A model generated the notes under the pieces. It made no database searches. It was given only the letters and a program-made list of their open reading frames with translations, and had not been told where the DNA came from. DNA of 64,000 nt from an uncultured Chthoniobacterales bacterium (GTDB taxonomy: Bacteria > Verrucomicrobiota > Verrucomicrobiia > Chthoniobacterales > CALDSX01): NCBI GenBank assembly GCA_964652295.1, contig CAZZCL010000004.1, forward strand, positions 75-64,074, given 5' to 3'. Of this stretch, positions 8,079 to 15,934 are shown piece by piece (within the stretch, counting starts at the first letter, position 1; each line of letters begins with the position of its first letter). Both the position numbers and the translations under genes were made by a program.

Positions 8079-9765
8079 GGTGGCTGCAGGATCTGACCGC
8101 AAACAGTCCACTGCGACCGCCATCGGCGTGGTGGTTGCGCTCGGGGCCGTTGCCCTCTCCGTGTTCGGCGGCTGGGGAGCGCTACTGCTGCGCACGTATA
8201 ACTCCGGCGATATTCTGGTGCGCGGGGTTGTCCTTTACGTGGACGGCGATTGTTACGCCCGGATGATACGTGCGCAGATGGTGGAGGCCACACCGGGTAT
8301 GACGGTTGTAAAACGGCATGAATTTGAGAACTGGCCCGACGGCGTGGCACCGCACACGACGGCACCGTTGGACTGGATGATTGCGGGTCTTGGCGGAGCG
8401 CTTCGCGCCGCAGGGCTTGACTCCGGCCCGCCCGGTGCGCGCGATCTCGCCGGGGCATGGATTGGTCCGTTGCTCGGCGGGTTGGCGGTGGCAGGCCTCT
8501 TTGGGTTATGGCTTGCCACGCGTGTGCGACACGGGTGGCTGACTGCGGCAATCGTGGCTGCCGCTCCGGCGACTGTCTGGGCAGGCGCGTTTGGGCGTCC
8601 GGATCATCAGGCGCTGCTTTTGCCATTGCTGGGCGCAGCTGTGGCGTGCGAGATGGCCATGCTGGCCGGAGCCGACAATGGAGGCGTGCGCCGGATGCTG
8701 CCGTGGACAGCAGGGGCTGCGTGGGGATTGGCGCTGTGGGTTTCCTTATTCGAGCCGCTTGTCTTGTTCGCGACGTTTGTGTGTGCTGCGGCAGCTGTTC
8801 AGGGTTGGGTCGGAATAACGCGGCGGCTTGGTGGCTGGGCTATTGCTGGTGTCATCCTGCTTGTTGCGCTGGCGTTGGAAGGCGTGCGAGTCACCGTGCC
8901 GGGGGCGGATCCGCATTTTGGTGCTTGGGCTTCGGGACTTGGCGAATTGTTTCCTGCGAATCTGCAGGACGCCGCGCGTTGGGGTGGATGGTGGATGTGG
9001 GTTGTGCCCGTCGTGCTTGTGGTCCGAGGCGTTGCCGATGCGCGCGCGGGCCTGCGCTCATGGCGTACATGGGCCATGCTGGCGGTGGTCGTCGCGCTTG
9101 TGCTGGGGCTGGCGCTGTGGCAGCGACGTTGGAACGCATACAATGTGCTGGTGACGGCATGCGCCGCGCCTTACGCGGTGCAGATTCTGCCGAGACGTTG
9201 GGAGTCGCATCTTGCGGCGATTGTCGCCGCAGTCCTGCTGATGTGGCCCGCGGCAAGAGAATGGGAAGGGTTGTTGTGGGGCGCCGGAGAGAGCCGGGCC
9301 GTCGCCTTGGAGCGGCAGCAGGATGGTTTGACTTTGCGCGCGCTGTGCGAAGGACTTCGCGACCGCGGCGGCGGGGAGGAGGCTCGTGGCGGTCCTGGTG
9401 GAGTTCTGGCGCCGTATTGGTTTTCATCTGCCATCGCCTACTGGAGCGGTCTGCCATGTGTCGCCGGCGTTTCGCATCAATCGCTGCCGGGTATTGTGGA
9501 CAGCGCACGCTTTTATCTGGCCACGGATGACGAGGAAGCAGGGGCGATTCTCAGGCAACGTCGGGTGCGGTGGGTGGTCGGGTACGATCCGGCGCGGTTG
9601 CTCGCCGAGAGCGCCCGGATTCTTGGCCGGAAGTCTTCGCTTCTTTCCATGGCGTATCTGATGGAGGTGCGGCCGCGTTTGCTGCCTGAATTTATGCGGC
9701 GGGAAGCCGCGATCGGTCCGTTCACACTTTACAGGGTGGAATGGTCGGGGCAGGAGGAACCATGA
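8059..9765 (+). CDS. Polytopic membrane protein, GT-C-fold glycosyltransferase-like (ArnT/PMT/STT3-like); function unverified
   Basis: At least 10 hydrophobic segments. The first loop carries the acidic/aromatic/Arg motif YVDGDCYARMIR followed by HEFENWPDG. There is a C-terminal soluble region. Start is TTG 8059 (overlaps the M23 stop) or GTG 8080. The stop overlaps the next ATG (ATGA at 9762-9765). Confidence 0.5.
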   Translation: MISSRAEVAAGSDRKQSTATAIGVVVALGAVALSVFGGWGALLLRTYNSGDILVRGVVLYVDGDCYARMIRAQMVEATPGMTVVKRHEFENWPDGVAPHTTAPLDWMIAGLGGALRAAGLDSGPPGARDLAGAWIGPLLGGLAVAGLFGLWLATRVRHGWLTAAIVAAAPATVWAGAFGRPDHQALLLPLLGAAVACEMAMLAGADNGGVRRMLPWTAGAAWGLALWVSLFEPLVLFATFVCAAAAVQGWVGITRRLGGWAIAGVILLVALALEGVRVTVPGADPHFGAWASGLGELFPANLQDAARWGGWWMWVVPVVLVVRGVADARAGLRSWRTWAMLAVVVALVLGLALWQRRWNAYNVLVTACAAPYAVQILPRRWESHLAAIVAAVLLMWPAAREWEGLLWGAGESRAVALERQQDGLTLRALCEGLRDRGGGEEARGGPGGVLAPYWFSSAIAYWSGLPCVAGVSHQSLPGIVDSARFYLATDDEEAGAILRQRRVRWVVGYDPARLLAESARILGRKSSLLSMAYLMEVRPRLLPEFMRREAAIGPFTLYRVEWSGQEEP

Positions 9766-11249
9766 CGGCACGCGACGGGAGTGAAGGCAGGGAGGGGATC
9801 GATTTTCTTGCGATCGGCGGCGGCAGCGCCGGGTATAATGGAGCTGCAGAAGCGGCGCGGCTCGGATTGCGCACGGCGGTGGTGGACGATGCCGATGAAC
9901 TGGGCGGTCTGTGCATTTTGCGCGGGTGCATGCCGAGCAAAACGTTAATCGAATCTGCAAACCGCCAGCTGGCAGCGCGGGAAGCGGTGCGGTTTGGGCT
10001 GCGCCAGGAGGTCGGCCGACCGGATGTGGCGGCCGTGATTGCGCGCAAACGGAGGTTGGTGGGGGAATTCGCAGCTGACCGCCGTGCACAACTGGAGAAC
10101 GGGCCGTTTGAACTTATTCGTGGGCGCGCCCGATTTCTTGACGCGCATACGGTGCGCGTCGCGCTGCGCGGCGGCGAGGAGCGGGATGTGCGTGCCGCCA
10201 CCGTTTTGATTGCCACGGGCTCGTGTCATCGGCCTTGCGAGGTGCCCGGGCTGGCGGAGGCGGGATTTTTTACAAGCGACGACATACTCGACATGGAGGT
10301 GCTGCCGAGATCCGCGATTGTGCTCGGGGGCGGGGCGGTGGCGTTGGAGATGGCGCATTATCTTGATGGTATGGGCGTGGCGGTGAAAGTGTTACAACGC
10401 AGCCCACGTGTGTTGTCCGCGATGGACGACGACGTCGCGTTGTGCGTGGAGCGCGCCATGAGCGCAAGGGGAATCCGCATTCTGACGGGTGTCACGCTGG
10501 TGCGGGTGGAGCGGGAGGGCGCGATCAAACGGGTTTTTTTCGAGCGCGATGGACGCGCGCATTCCGTGGGGGCCGAGGAGATTCTGGTTGCGATGGGGCG
10601 TGTGCCCAATGTGGAGGCGTTGAATCCTGCAGTTGCCGGCGTGTTATGCGGGCCGTCCGGCAAGGTGCTCGTCAATGAAGCCCAGCAGAGCCGGGTGGCG
10701 CACATCTTCGCGGCGGGGGATGTTTGCGCGGATGTTGAAGTGGTGCACCTGGCCGTGCAACAGGCGGAGTTGGCTGCGCGAAACGCTGCACGGACGATCC
10801 GGGGCGGTTGCGCTGTCATGGAGCGGCTGGATACGCGCACGGATTTGTTTGCGGTGTATTGTCAGCCGGAAGCAGCCATGGCGGGCCTGAGCGAGAAGAG
10901 CGCGCGGGAACGGGGACGCGCGGTCGTCACGGGAACCTATTCCTTGGCCGATCATGGCAAAGCCATGGTGCGAGGCGATACCGAGGGGTTCGTAAAGCTG
11001 CTTGCCGAACGCGGAAGCGGCCAATTGGTGGGAGCTGCAGCGGTCGGACGTACTGCCACGGAAATGATTCATTTGCCGCTTGCACTCATTTATTCCCGAG
11101 CGGCGGCACACGATTTGCTGCGAATGCCCCTTTATCATCCCACCATGTCCGAGGTGTGGTCTTATCCCGCCGAACACATCAAAAAAGGGTTGCACGACGC
11201 GTTTCCCATGGACAAAGAGAATAAATCTCTGCAATCTGCGCCAGCGTGA
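9762..11249 (+). CDS. Class I pyridine nucleotide-disulfide oxidoreductase (dihydrolipoyl dehydrogenase / glutathione reductase family)
   Basis: FAD motif AIGGGSAGY. Redox-active disulfide GGLCILRGCMPSK. Second Rossmann motif VLGGGAVALEMA. C-terminal dimerisation-domain pattern. ATG 9762 is preceded by GGAGG (9753-9757). Confidence 0.8.
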   Translation: MTARDGSEGREGIDFLAIGGGSAGYNGAAEAARLGLRTAVVDDADELGGLCILRGCMPSKTLIESANRQLAAREAVRFGLRQEVGRPDVAAVIARKRRLVGEFAADRRAQLENGPFELIRGRARFLDAHTVRVALRGGEERDVRAATVLIATGSCHRPCEVPGLAEAGFFTSDDILDMEVLPRSAIVLGGGAVALEMAHYLDGMGVAVKVLQRSPRVLSAMDDDVALCVERAMSARGIRILTGVTLVRVEREGAIKRVFFERDGRAHSVGAEEILVAMGRVPNVEALNPAVAGVLCGPSGKVLVNEAQQSRVAHIFAAGDVCADVEVVHLAVQQAELAARNAARTIRGGCAVMERLDTRTDLFAVYCQPEAAMAGLSEKSARERGRAVVTGTYSLADHGKAMVRGDTEGFVKLLAERGSGQLVGAAAVGRTATEMIHLPLALIYSRAAAHDLLRMPLYHPTMSEVWSYPAEHIKKGLHDAFPMDKENKSLQSAPA

Positions 11250-11989
11250 TCAAGAAATTTACACCACAATCCGGGCAGTCTGAAGGCGATGGCGAGGACA
11301 TCTACAATGACGGCTTGGATGAGCTGGGTGCCGGAGATGTCGCTGCAGGTTATCCTTCGGATTCGGCAGTCGAGTCTTCGCTTTCCGAGACTGCGGACAG
11401 TCCTCCGGAGATGGAGTTTGGAGAGCCGTTCGTCTATCCGTCCCCCGCGACGTCGGATGGCCCGCCGACAGAGCAGCCCGCTACCCCGGGGGCTGCGCCC
11501 AAACCGTTTTCAGGGTTTTCCCAGAAATCTCAGAAGAACCAGCCAAACATATCAACCCAACCCGCTTACAGCTCTTACCAGGCCGGGTACGGCCTCGATT
11601 CCATGAAGAAAAACATCCTTGCGAACGACGTTGAAGTCAAAGGCACCATCAAGTTCGACGACGAACTCATTTTCGACGGTCGCTTAGAAGGCGAAGTCGT
11701 ATCCGAAGGCACCTTGATTCTCGGAGAAAATTCCGAAGTCCAGGGCGAAGTCAAAACCAAGGCGGTCAGCCTTTCGGGGCGCGTCCAGGGAAATATCACC
11801 GTTGAGGAAAAGTGCGAACTCAAGGGGCGCGCCCAGCTGATTGGCGACTTGAAAGCTGCGCGGCTTGTCATTGAGGAAGGTGCCACCTTCGTCGGACGTT
11901 CGGAGGTCACCCCCAACAAAGTGAACATGCCGCGCCAGGAAAGCCTGAGAGCGGAAGACGAAGCGCAGGGTCGGGCGGCGGCTCGCTGA
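11246..11989 (+). CDS. Bactofilin with long acidic/Pro-rich N-terminal region
   Basis: The C-terminal ~110 aa show the bactofilin beta-helix repeat pattern (VEVKGTIKFDDELIFDGRLEGEVVSEGTLILGENSEVQGEVKTKAVSLSGRVQGNITVEEKCELKGRAQLIGDLKAARLVIEEGATFVG). The GTG start overlaps the upstream stop (GTGA). Confidence 0.8.
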   Translation: MIKKFTPQSGQSEGDGEDIYNDGLDELGAGDVAAGYPSDSAVESSLSETADSPPEMEFGEPFVYPSPATSDGPPTEQPATPGAAPKPFSGFSQKSQKNQPNISTQPAYSSYQAGYGLDSMKKNILANDVEVKGTIKFDDELIFDGRLEGEVVSEGTLILGENSEVQGEVKTKAVSLSGRVQGNITVEEKCELKGRAQLIGDLKAARLVIEEGATFVGRSEVTPNKVNMPRQESLRAEDEAQGRAAAR

Positions 11990-12041
11990 GCTGGCTCCGG
12001 CAGACGGCGACGAGATTTTCAACCAACACCATTTACCCACC

Positions 12042-12869
12042 ATGGCAACCCGCGCTTCCAAACCTCTCGTCAAGGTTAACGTTCAATGCCCGCATTGCGG
12101 CTTTGAACAACTGGAGGCGCCGGCTGCGAAATCCACAATCTGCCGCAACTGCAGCAGCCATTTTGAGATTGCGGCAAAACGCGTTGAACGGGCGCAGGGA
12201 CCCCAAGGGTTGTTGTCGCAGTTGGGTCCCGCAAAGCCACGGACCCCCAGCCCTTCCGATCTTACAAGAACCGTCGCGTGCTTCGACTGTTCGGCCACGC
12301 ACAAAGTCAGCACCCGCGCGAAGACCACGCTCTGCCCGAATTGCGGCAGCTACATCGATCTTCAGGATTTCAACATCACAGGCCTGTTCAGCCGCAGCAT
12401 CCGCACGCGGGGCCGTCTTGTTATTGCGGCGCGTGGCGATTTAAACTGCGGGCGCGCCATCTGCGGGTCAGCCGTCATTGAAGGGCGCATCCGCGGCAGC
12501 CTCGACTGCGAAGGCAAGGCCGTGCTGAAATGCCATGGGAAACTTTCTGGCGACATTGAAGCCAACCATCTTGTAATCGAGCGTGGGGCAGACGTGGAAT
12601 TTGCGCGTCCGGTGCGCGCAGGACGCGTGGAGATCATGGGCAAAATGTCCGGCCAGATTCTTTGCGGCACCGAGGTGTATATCTACAAGAAAGGTTCCCT
12701 TACGGGGTCGGTAAATGCCAAGTCGTTTGTCGTCGATTATGGCGGATATTTTCTTGGTGATCTCGACATCCGTCCTGTATCCGAGTTGGCCATCGGCACC
12801 GCGCAGGAAGTTGCCGGAGCGGAAGGCGCAGTTCCCGAACTTGCTGAGGGCTTGTCGTACTCGCACTGA
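12042..12869 (+). CDS. Bactofilin with N-terminal double zinc ribbon
   Basis: Two CxxC-spacer-CxxC units (C16/C19...C34/C37 and C80/C83...C98/C101). They are followed by bactofilin-type repeats (GRLVIAARGDLNCGRAICGSAVIEGRIRGSLDCEGKAVLKCHGKLSGDIEANHLVIERGADVEF...). Confidence 0.75.
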   Translation: MATRASKPLVKVNVQCPHCGFEQLEAPAAKSTICRNCSSHFEIAAKRVERAQGPQGLLSQLGPAKPRTPSPSDLTRTVACFDCSATHKVSTRAKTTLCPNCGSYIDLQDFNITGLFSRSIRTRGRLVIAARGDLNCGRAICGSAVIEGRIRGSLDCEGKAVLKCHGKLSGDIEANHLVIERGADVEFARPVRAGRVEIMGKMSGQILCGTEVYIYKKGSLTGSVNAKSFVVDYGGYFLGDLDIRPVSELAIGTAQEVAGAEGAVPELAEGLSYSH

Positions 12870-12918
12870 GAGCTTCCGGTTTCAGCCTGGATTGAGCATG
12901 CTGGATCCCGCTGGGCAG

Positions 12919-12950
12919 GCCTGCACTTCGCGCCTGTGCAGGTCTCTCTT
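12919..12950 (+). terminator. Weak candidate terminator after the bactofilin operon
   Basis: Hairpin GCCTGCAC (12919-12926) / GTGCAGGT (12936-12943) with a 9-nt loop, then the pyrimidine-rich ctctctt. There is no clean T-tract. Confidence 0.3.
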
Positions 12951-12997
12951 AAAAGCGTGGAGTTGAATTCAGGCGTCCACCCGGTATCAGGGGTGCC

Positions 12998-13579
12998 ATG
13001 AACCTCCCCAACCAGCTCACGATCGGTCGTCTCGTGATCTCTGCCCTTTTTGTGGTTGTCCTGAGCCTGAGCTTTCACGGCAGCGCCACACTGGCGCTGG
13101 TGTTGTTTGTAGTCGGCGGGTTAACCGATTACGCCGATGGGCGGATCGCGCGGGCGCGCAATCTTGTCACGAACTTCGGGAAACTCATGGATCCCCTGGC
13201 TGACAAGATCATGGTGTCGGCCGCATTTATTTTTCTTGCGTCGACCCGGATGGTACCCGCGTGGTTTGTGGTGCTGGTGGTGTCGCGCGAATTTCTGGTG
13301 ACGGGCCTTCGGCTTCTTGCCGCGGCGCAGGGCGTGGTTTTGCCTGCTGAACGCCTTGGCAAACACAAGATGGTCTGGCAGATCGTTGCGGTCGTGTTTT
13401 TCTTTTTGGTCATGACCATCCGCGAATGGAATCCCGAGATGCTGGACCAGCTTCCGTCGGCAGGCCTTGAAGCGGCAGGTTGGGTTGTGCTTGGGGGGAC
13501 CGCCATGCTGACGCTTGTTTCCGGGACCAGTTATTTGTGGAACAACCGCAGTCTGCTTCGCGACGGGTTAAAGGGATGA
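12998..13579 (+). CDS. pgsA: CDP-diacylglycerol--glycerol-3-phosphate 3-phosphatidyltransferase
   Basis: CDP-alcohol phosphatidyltransferase motif DYADGRIARARNLVTNFGKLMDPLADK. N-terminus MNLPNQLTIGRL. Multi-TM protein. Confidence 0.85.
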   Translation: MNLPNQLTIGRLVISALFVVVLSLSFHGSATLALVLFVVGGLTDYADGRIARARNLVTNFGKLMDPLADKIMVSAAFIFLASTRMVPAWFVVLVVSREFLVTGLRLLAAAQGVVLPAERLGKHKMVWQIVAVVFFFLVMTIREWNPEMLDQLPSAGLEAAGWVVLGGTAMLTLVSGTSYLWNNRSLLRDGLKG

Positions 13580-13657
13580 CAGTGCGGGCATGGCGCGCGG
13601 GGGTTTCGATTGGCGCACCACGGAGGTTGCGTCTGAACAGAAGGCCTGAGAGACAGG

Positions 13658-13692
13658 TTGACAGCCGCTTGCCTATGGTGTTCTTATGTGCA
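13658..13692 (+). promoter_or_regulatory. Candidate lexA promoter (TTGACA-N18-TCTTAT) with an overlapping imperfect LexA-box-like sequence TGTTC-TTAT-GTGCA
   Basis: TTGACA at 13658-13663 and TCTTAT at 13682-13687. TGTTCTTATGTGCA at 13679-13692 matches 8 of 10 specified positions of TGTTC-N4-GAACA, the Verrucomicrobia LexA motif as I recall it. Confidence 0.25.
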
Positions 13693-13700
13693 GTCAAGGC

Positions 13701-14342
13701 ATGGCTACCAACGTTCCGCTCACACAACGGCAACGCGAGATTATTGACTTCATCCGTTCGTGCCAACGGCGTGATGGTGTGATTCCGTCACGCCGCGAAA
13801 TCCAGGCCCGGTTCGGTTTCGCAAGTCCCAATGCGGTTACCAAACACATCGAGGCACTTGAGCGCAAAGGGGTGCTCAGCTCCGGCAACGGCAGGGCACG
13901 ATCCATTGTCTTTCATTTTAAAGATCGTCACAGCGATGAAATGTTGCCGCCGTCATTCTCTGAGATTCCGGTCTACGGCACGATCCCGGCCGGCAATCCC
14001 GTGCTCGGAGAGCAGGAAAGCGACGCGTGTCTGCGCGTGGAGCTCGAATCGCTTGGGTTGCCGCGCGGCCCACGAATCTTCGCGTTGAAGGTGCGTGGCA
14101 ACTCCATGACCGGCGCCGGGATTCTTGATGGCGATATTGTGATCCTCGAACTGAAACCCCCGTACAGCGGGCAGATTGTCGCTGCGTTAATCGATGGGGA
14201 GAGCACATTGAAAACGTACATCGTCAGGAATCGGCGTCCGTTTCTTCGCGCGGAGAATCCGCAGTATCCGGATCTCATTCCTGCGCACGAACTTGTGATT
14301 CAAGGAGTGATGATCGGTTTGCTGCGTCTGCCGAACCTTTGA
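13701..14342 (+). CDS. lexA: LexA repressor
   Basis: N-terminal wHTH (LTQRQREIIDFIRS...PSRREIQARFGFASPNAVTKHIEALERKGVL). Ala-Gly cleavage site in IPAGNP. S24 peptidase Ser in VRGNSM. Lys in ESTLKTY. I prefer the start at ATG 13701 over 13686. Confidence 0.9.
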   Translation: MATNVPLTQRQREIIDFIRSCQRRDGVIPSRREIQARFGFASPNAVTKHIEALERKGVLSSGNGRARSIVFHFKDRHSDEMLPPSFSEIPVYGTIPAGNPVLGEQESDACLRVELESLGLPRGPRIFALKVRGNSMTGAGILDGDIVILELKPPYSGQIVAALIDGESTLKTYIVRNRRPFLRAENPQYPDLIPAHELVIQGVMIGLLRLPNL

Positions 14343-14601
14343 GGGCTGTGGGCGACTGCCTCAGGATCGGGTTTGTGGGGCGTTTTGGCTGTGGCTCGTG
14401 TGTTTTCCATCGAAAAAGCCATTGTCTGGATGCATTGCCTGCGTTAGGACATTCTTCGTTCGCGCATCTTTTCTTATGAAACACGACGGTTACTCAGAAA
14501 TCGCTTCCACCGGACATCGGTCTTCGGCGGCAGCTTTGCCTTTGATGGGTGAAACTTTGAAGGTTCAACAACGCCCTGCACGTGGAGGAGCGAACGACGG
14601 A

Positions 14602-15015
14602 ATGGGTTCCGCACCGCGATGTGCCGCAGCGGCTCTGTCAGGGTTGACGGTAGTAATCGCTCTCTCCGGTTGTTTTCCTGAGGAGCAGGCCTATCGGCAG
14701 AATCGTTATGGCGTGCGTGGAGATGGCTATACCATTTACGATCCGGGTATACCGGGTCCGGCACCTCAGCCGACTCCCGCGCCATCTGAGAGTGCCGTTT
14801 CCCAGCCGTCTGCCGACGAGCCTGCGCCAGTAGTCCAGACGCCCACGCCACCACCGCTTGCGGAAAAACTCCAGTACGGCGTGCCCGTTCCGGGTAAACC
14901 GGGCTTTATTACAAGCCCACATTCCCCCTATGCGGGCCAGATCGATGCGCGCGGGTATCCGCCGGGAACGGAGTTGAAAGATCCTTACTCCGGCCAGGTT
15001 ATCCTTGTGCCCTGA
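14602..15015 (+). CDS. Proline-rich lipoprotein of unknown function
   Basis: Signal peptide plus lipobox (MGSAPRCAAAALSGLTVVIALSGC), a Pro-rich linker, and a C-terminal GVPVPGKPGFITSPHSPYAGQIDARGYPPGTELKDPYSGQVILVP module. I prefer the start at 14602 over the track's 14398. Confidence 0.55.
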   Translation: MGSAPRCAAAALSGLTVVIALSGCFPEEQAYRQNRYGVRGDGYTIYDPGIPGPAPQPTPAPSESAVSQPSADEPAPVVQTPTPPPLAEKLQYGVPVPGKPGFITSPHSPYAGQIDARGYPPGTELKDPYSGQVILVP

Positions 15016-15074
15016 GCTGCGGAAAGGGGCGGCAGCGCGAATTTTGCTGCGGGAGAGAGTGGCCATCCGGCGTC

Positions 15075-15917
15075 ATGCACATTGAGCGTTGTGTTGTCGC
15101 CGGACCGGGGTTGTTGGGCGCATCCACGGCTCTGGCAGTTATGAACCGGCTGCCGCAGGCCCGCGTTGCGGTTTGGGGTCGGCGCAGGGAATCGGTTGAG
15201 GATGCCGTGGAGCGCGGGTTTGCGCATGAAGGCCATACGGATTTCGCCCGCGCCGTGGCGGGGGCGGATCTGATCGTTTTATGCACGCCGGTTGGAGCGA
15301 TGCACGCGCTGGCCGAAATTGCCGCGCATGCCGCGTCAGCTGACTGCGTTGTGACCGATGTGGGGAGTGTTAAGGGGCGCTTGGTTCGTGCGCTTGAGGC
15401 TGTTCTCGGCGGTCGATACGTCGGAGCGCATCCCATGGCAGGCTCTGAAAAGCATGGCATGGAAGCTGCCCGGGAAGATTTGTACGATGGCGCCGTCTGC
15501 ATCATAACGCCGACATCTTCCACGCAGCCTTCCGCACGGGATTTTGCCGATGCCTTCTGGCGCGTGTTGGGGTGTCGGACTGTGCAGATGGATCCGGACG
15601 TACACGACTGTGTTGTCGCGCGGATCAGTCATCTCCCGCATCTTGCGGCGGCATGCATTACAAGAGCAGCGGCTGCTGCCGGGACCGGGGTCTTTGGTTC
15701 TGCGGGAGGCGGATTTCGCGACAGCACCCGGATCGCTGCCGCGCCGCCTGCGATGTGGACGGAAATTCTTCTTGAAAACCGTCCAGCTGTACTTGAAAGC
15801 CTTTCGGCACTGGAACGCGAGCTGGCAGAGGCCAGACACCATTTGGAGGCGGGGGCTGCGGCAGAGCTGTTGACCTTTCTCGAAAAGGCACGAGACCTGC
15901 GGCTTAACATTCCCTGA
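15075..15917 (+). CDS. tyrA: Prephenate/arogenate dehydrogenase
   Basis: N-terminal Rossmann motif (VVAGPGLLGAS) and VGAHPMAGSEKHG..A..DLYDGAVCIITP. It lies upstream of aroA. Confidence 0.8.
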   Translation: MHIERCVVAGPGLLGASTALAVMNRLPQARVAVWGRRRESVEDAVERGFAHEGHTDFARAVAGADLIVLCTPVGAMHALAEIAAHAASADCVVTDVGSVKGRLVRALEAVLGGRYVGAHPMAGSEKHGMEAAREDLYDGAVCIITPTSSTQPSARDFADAFWRVLGCRTVQMDPDVHDCVVARISHLPHLAAACITRAAAAAGTGVFGSAGGGFRDSTRIAAAPPAMWTEILLENRPAVLESLSALERELAEARHHLEAGAAAELLTFLEKARDLRLNIP

Positions 15918-15934
15918 ATTTCCCTTTTTTTGTC

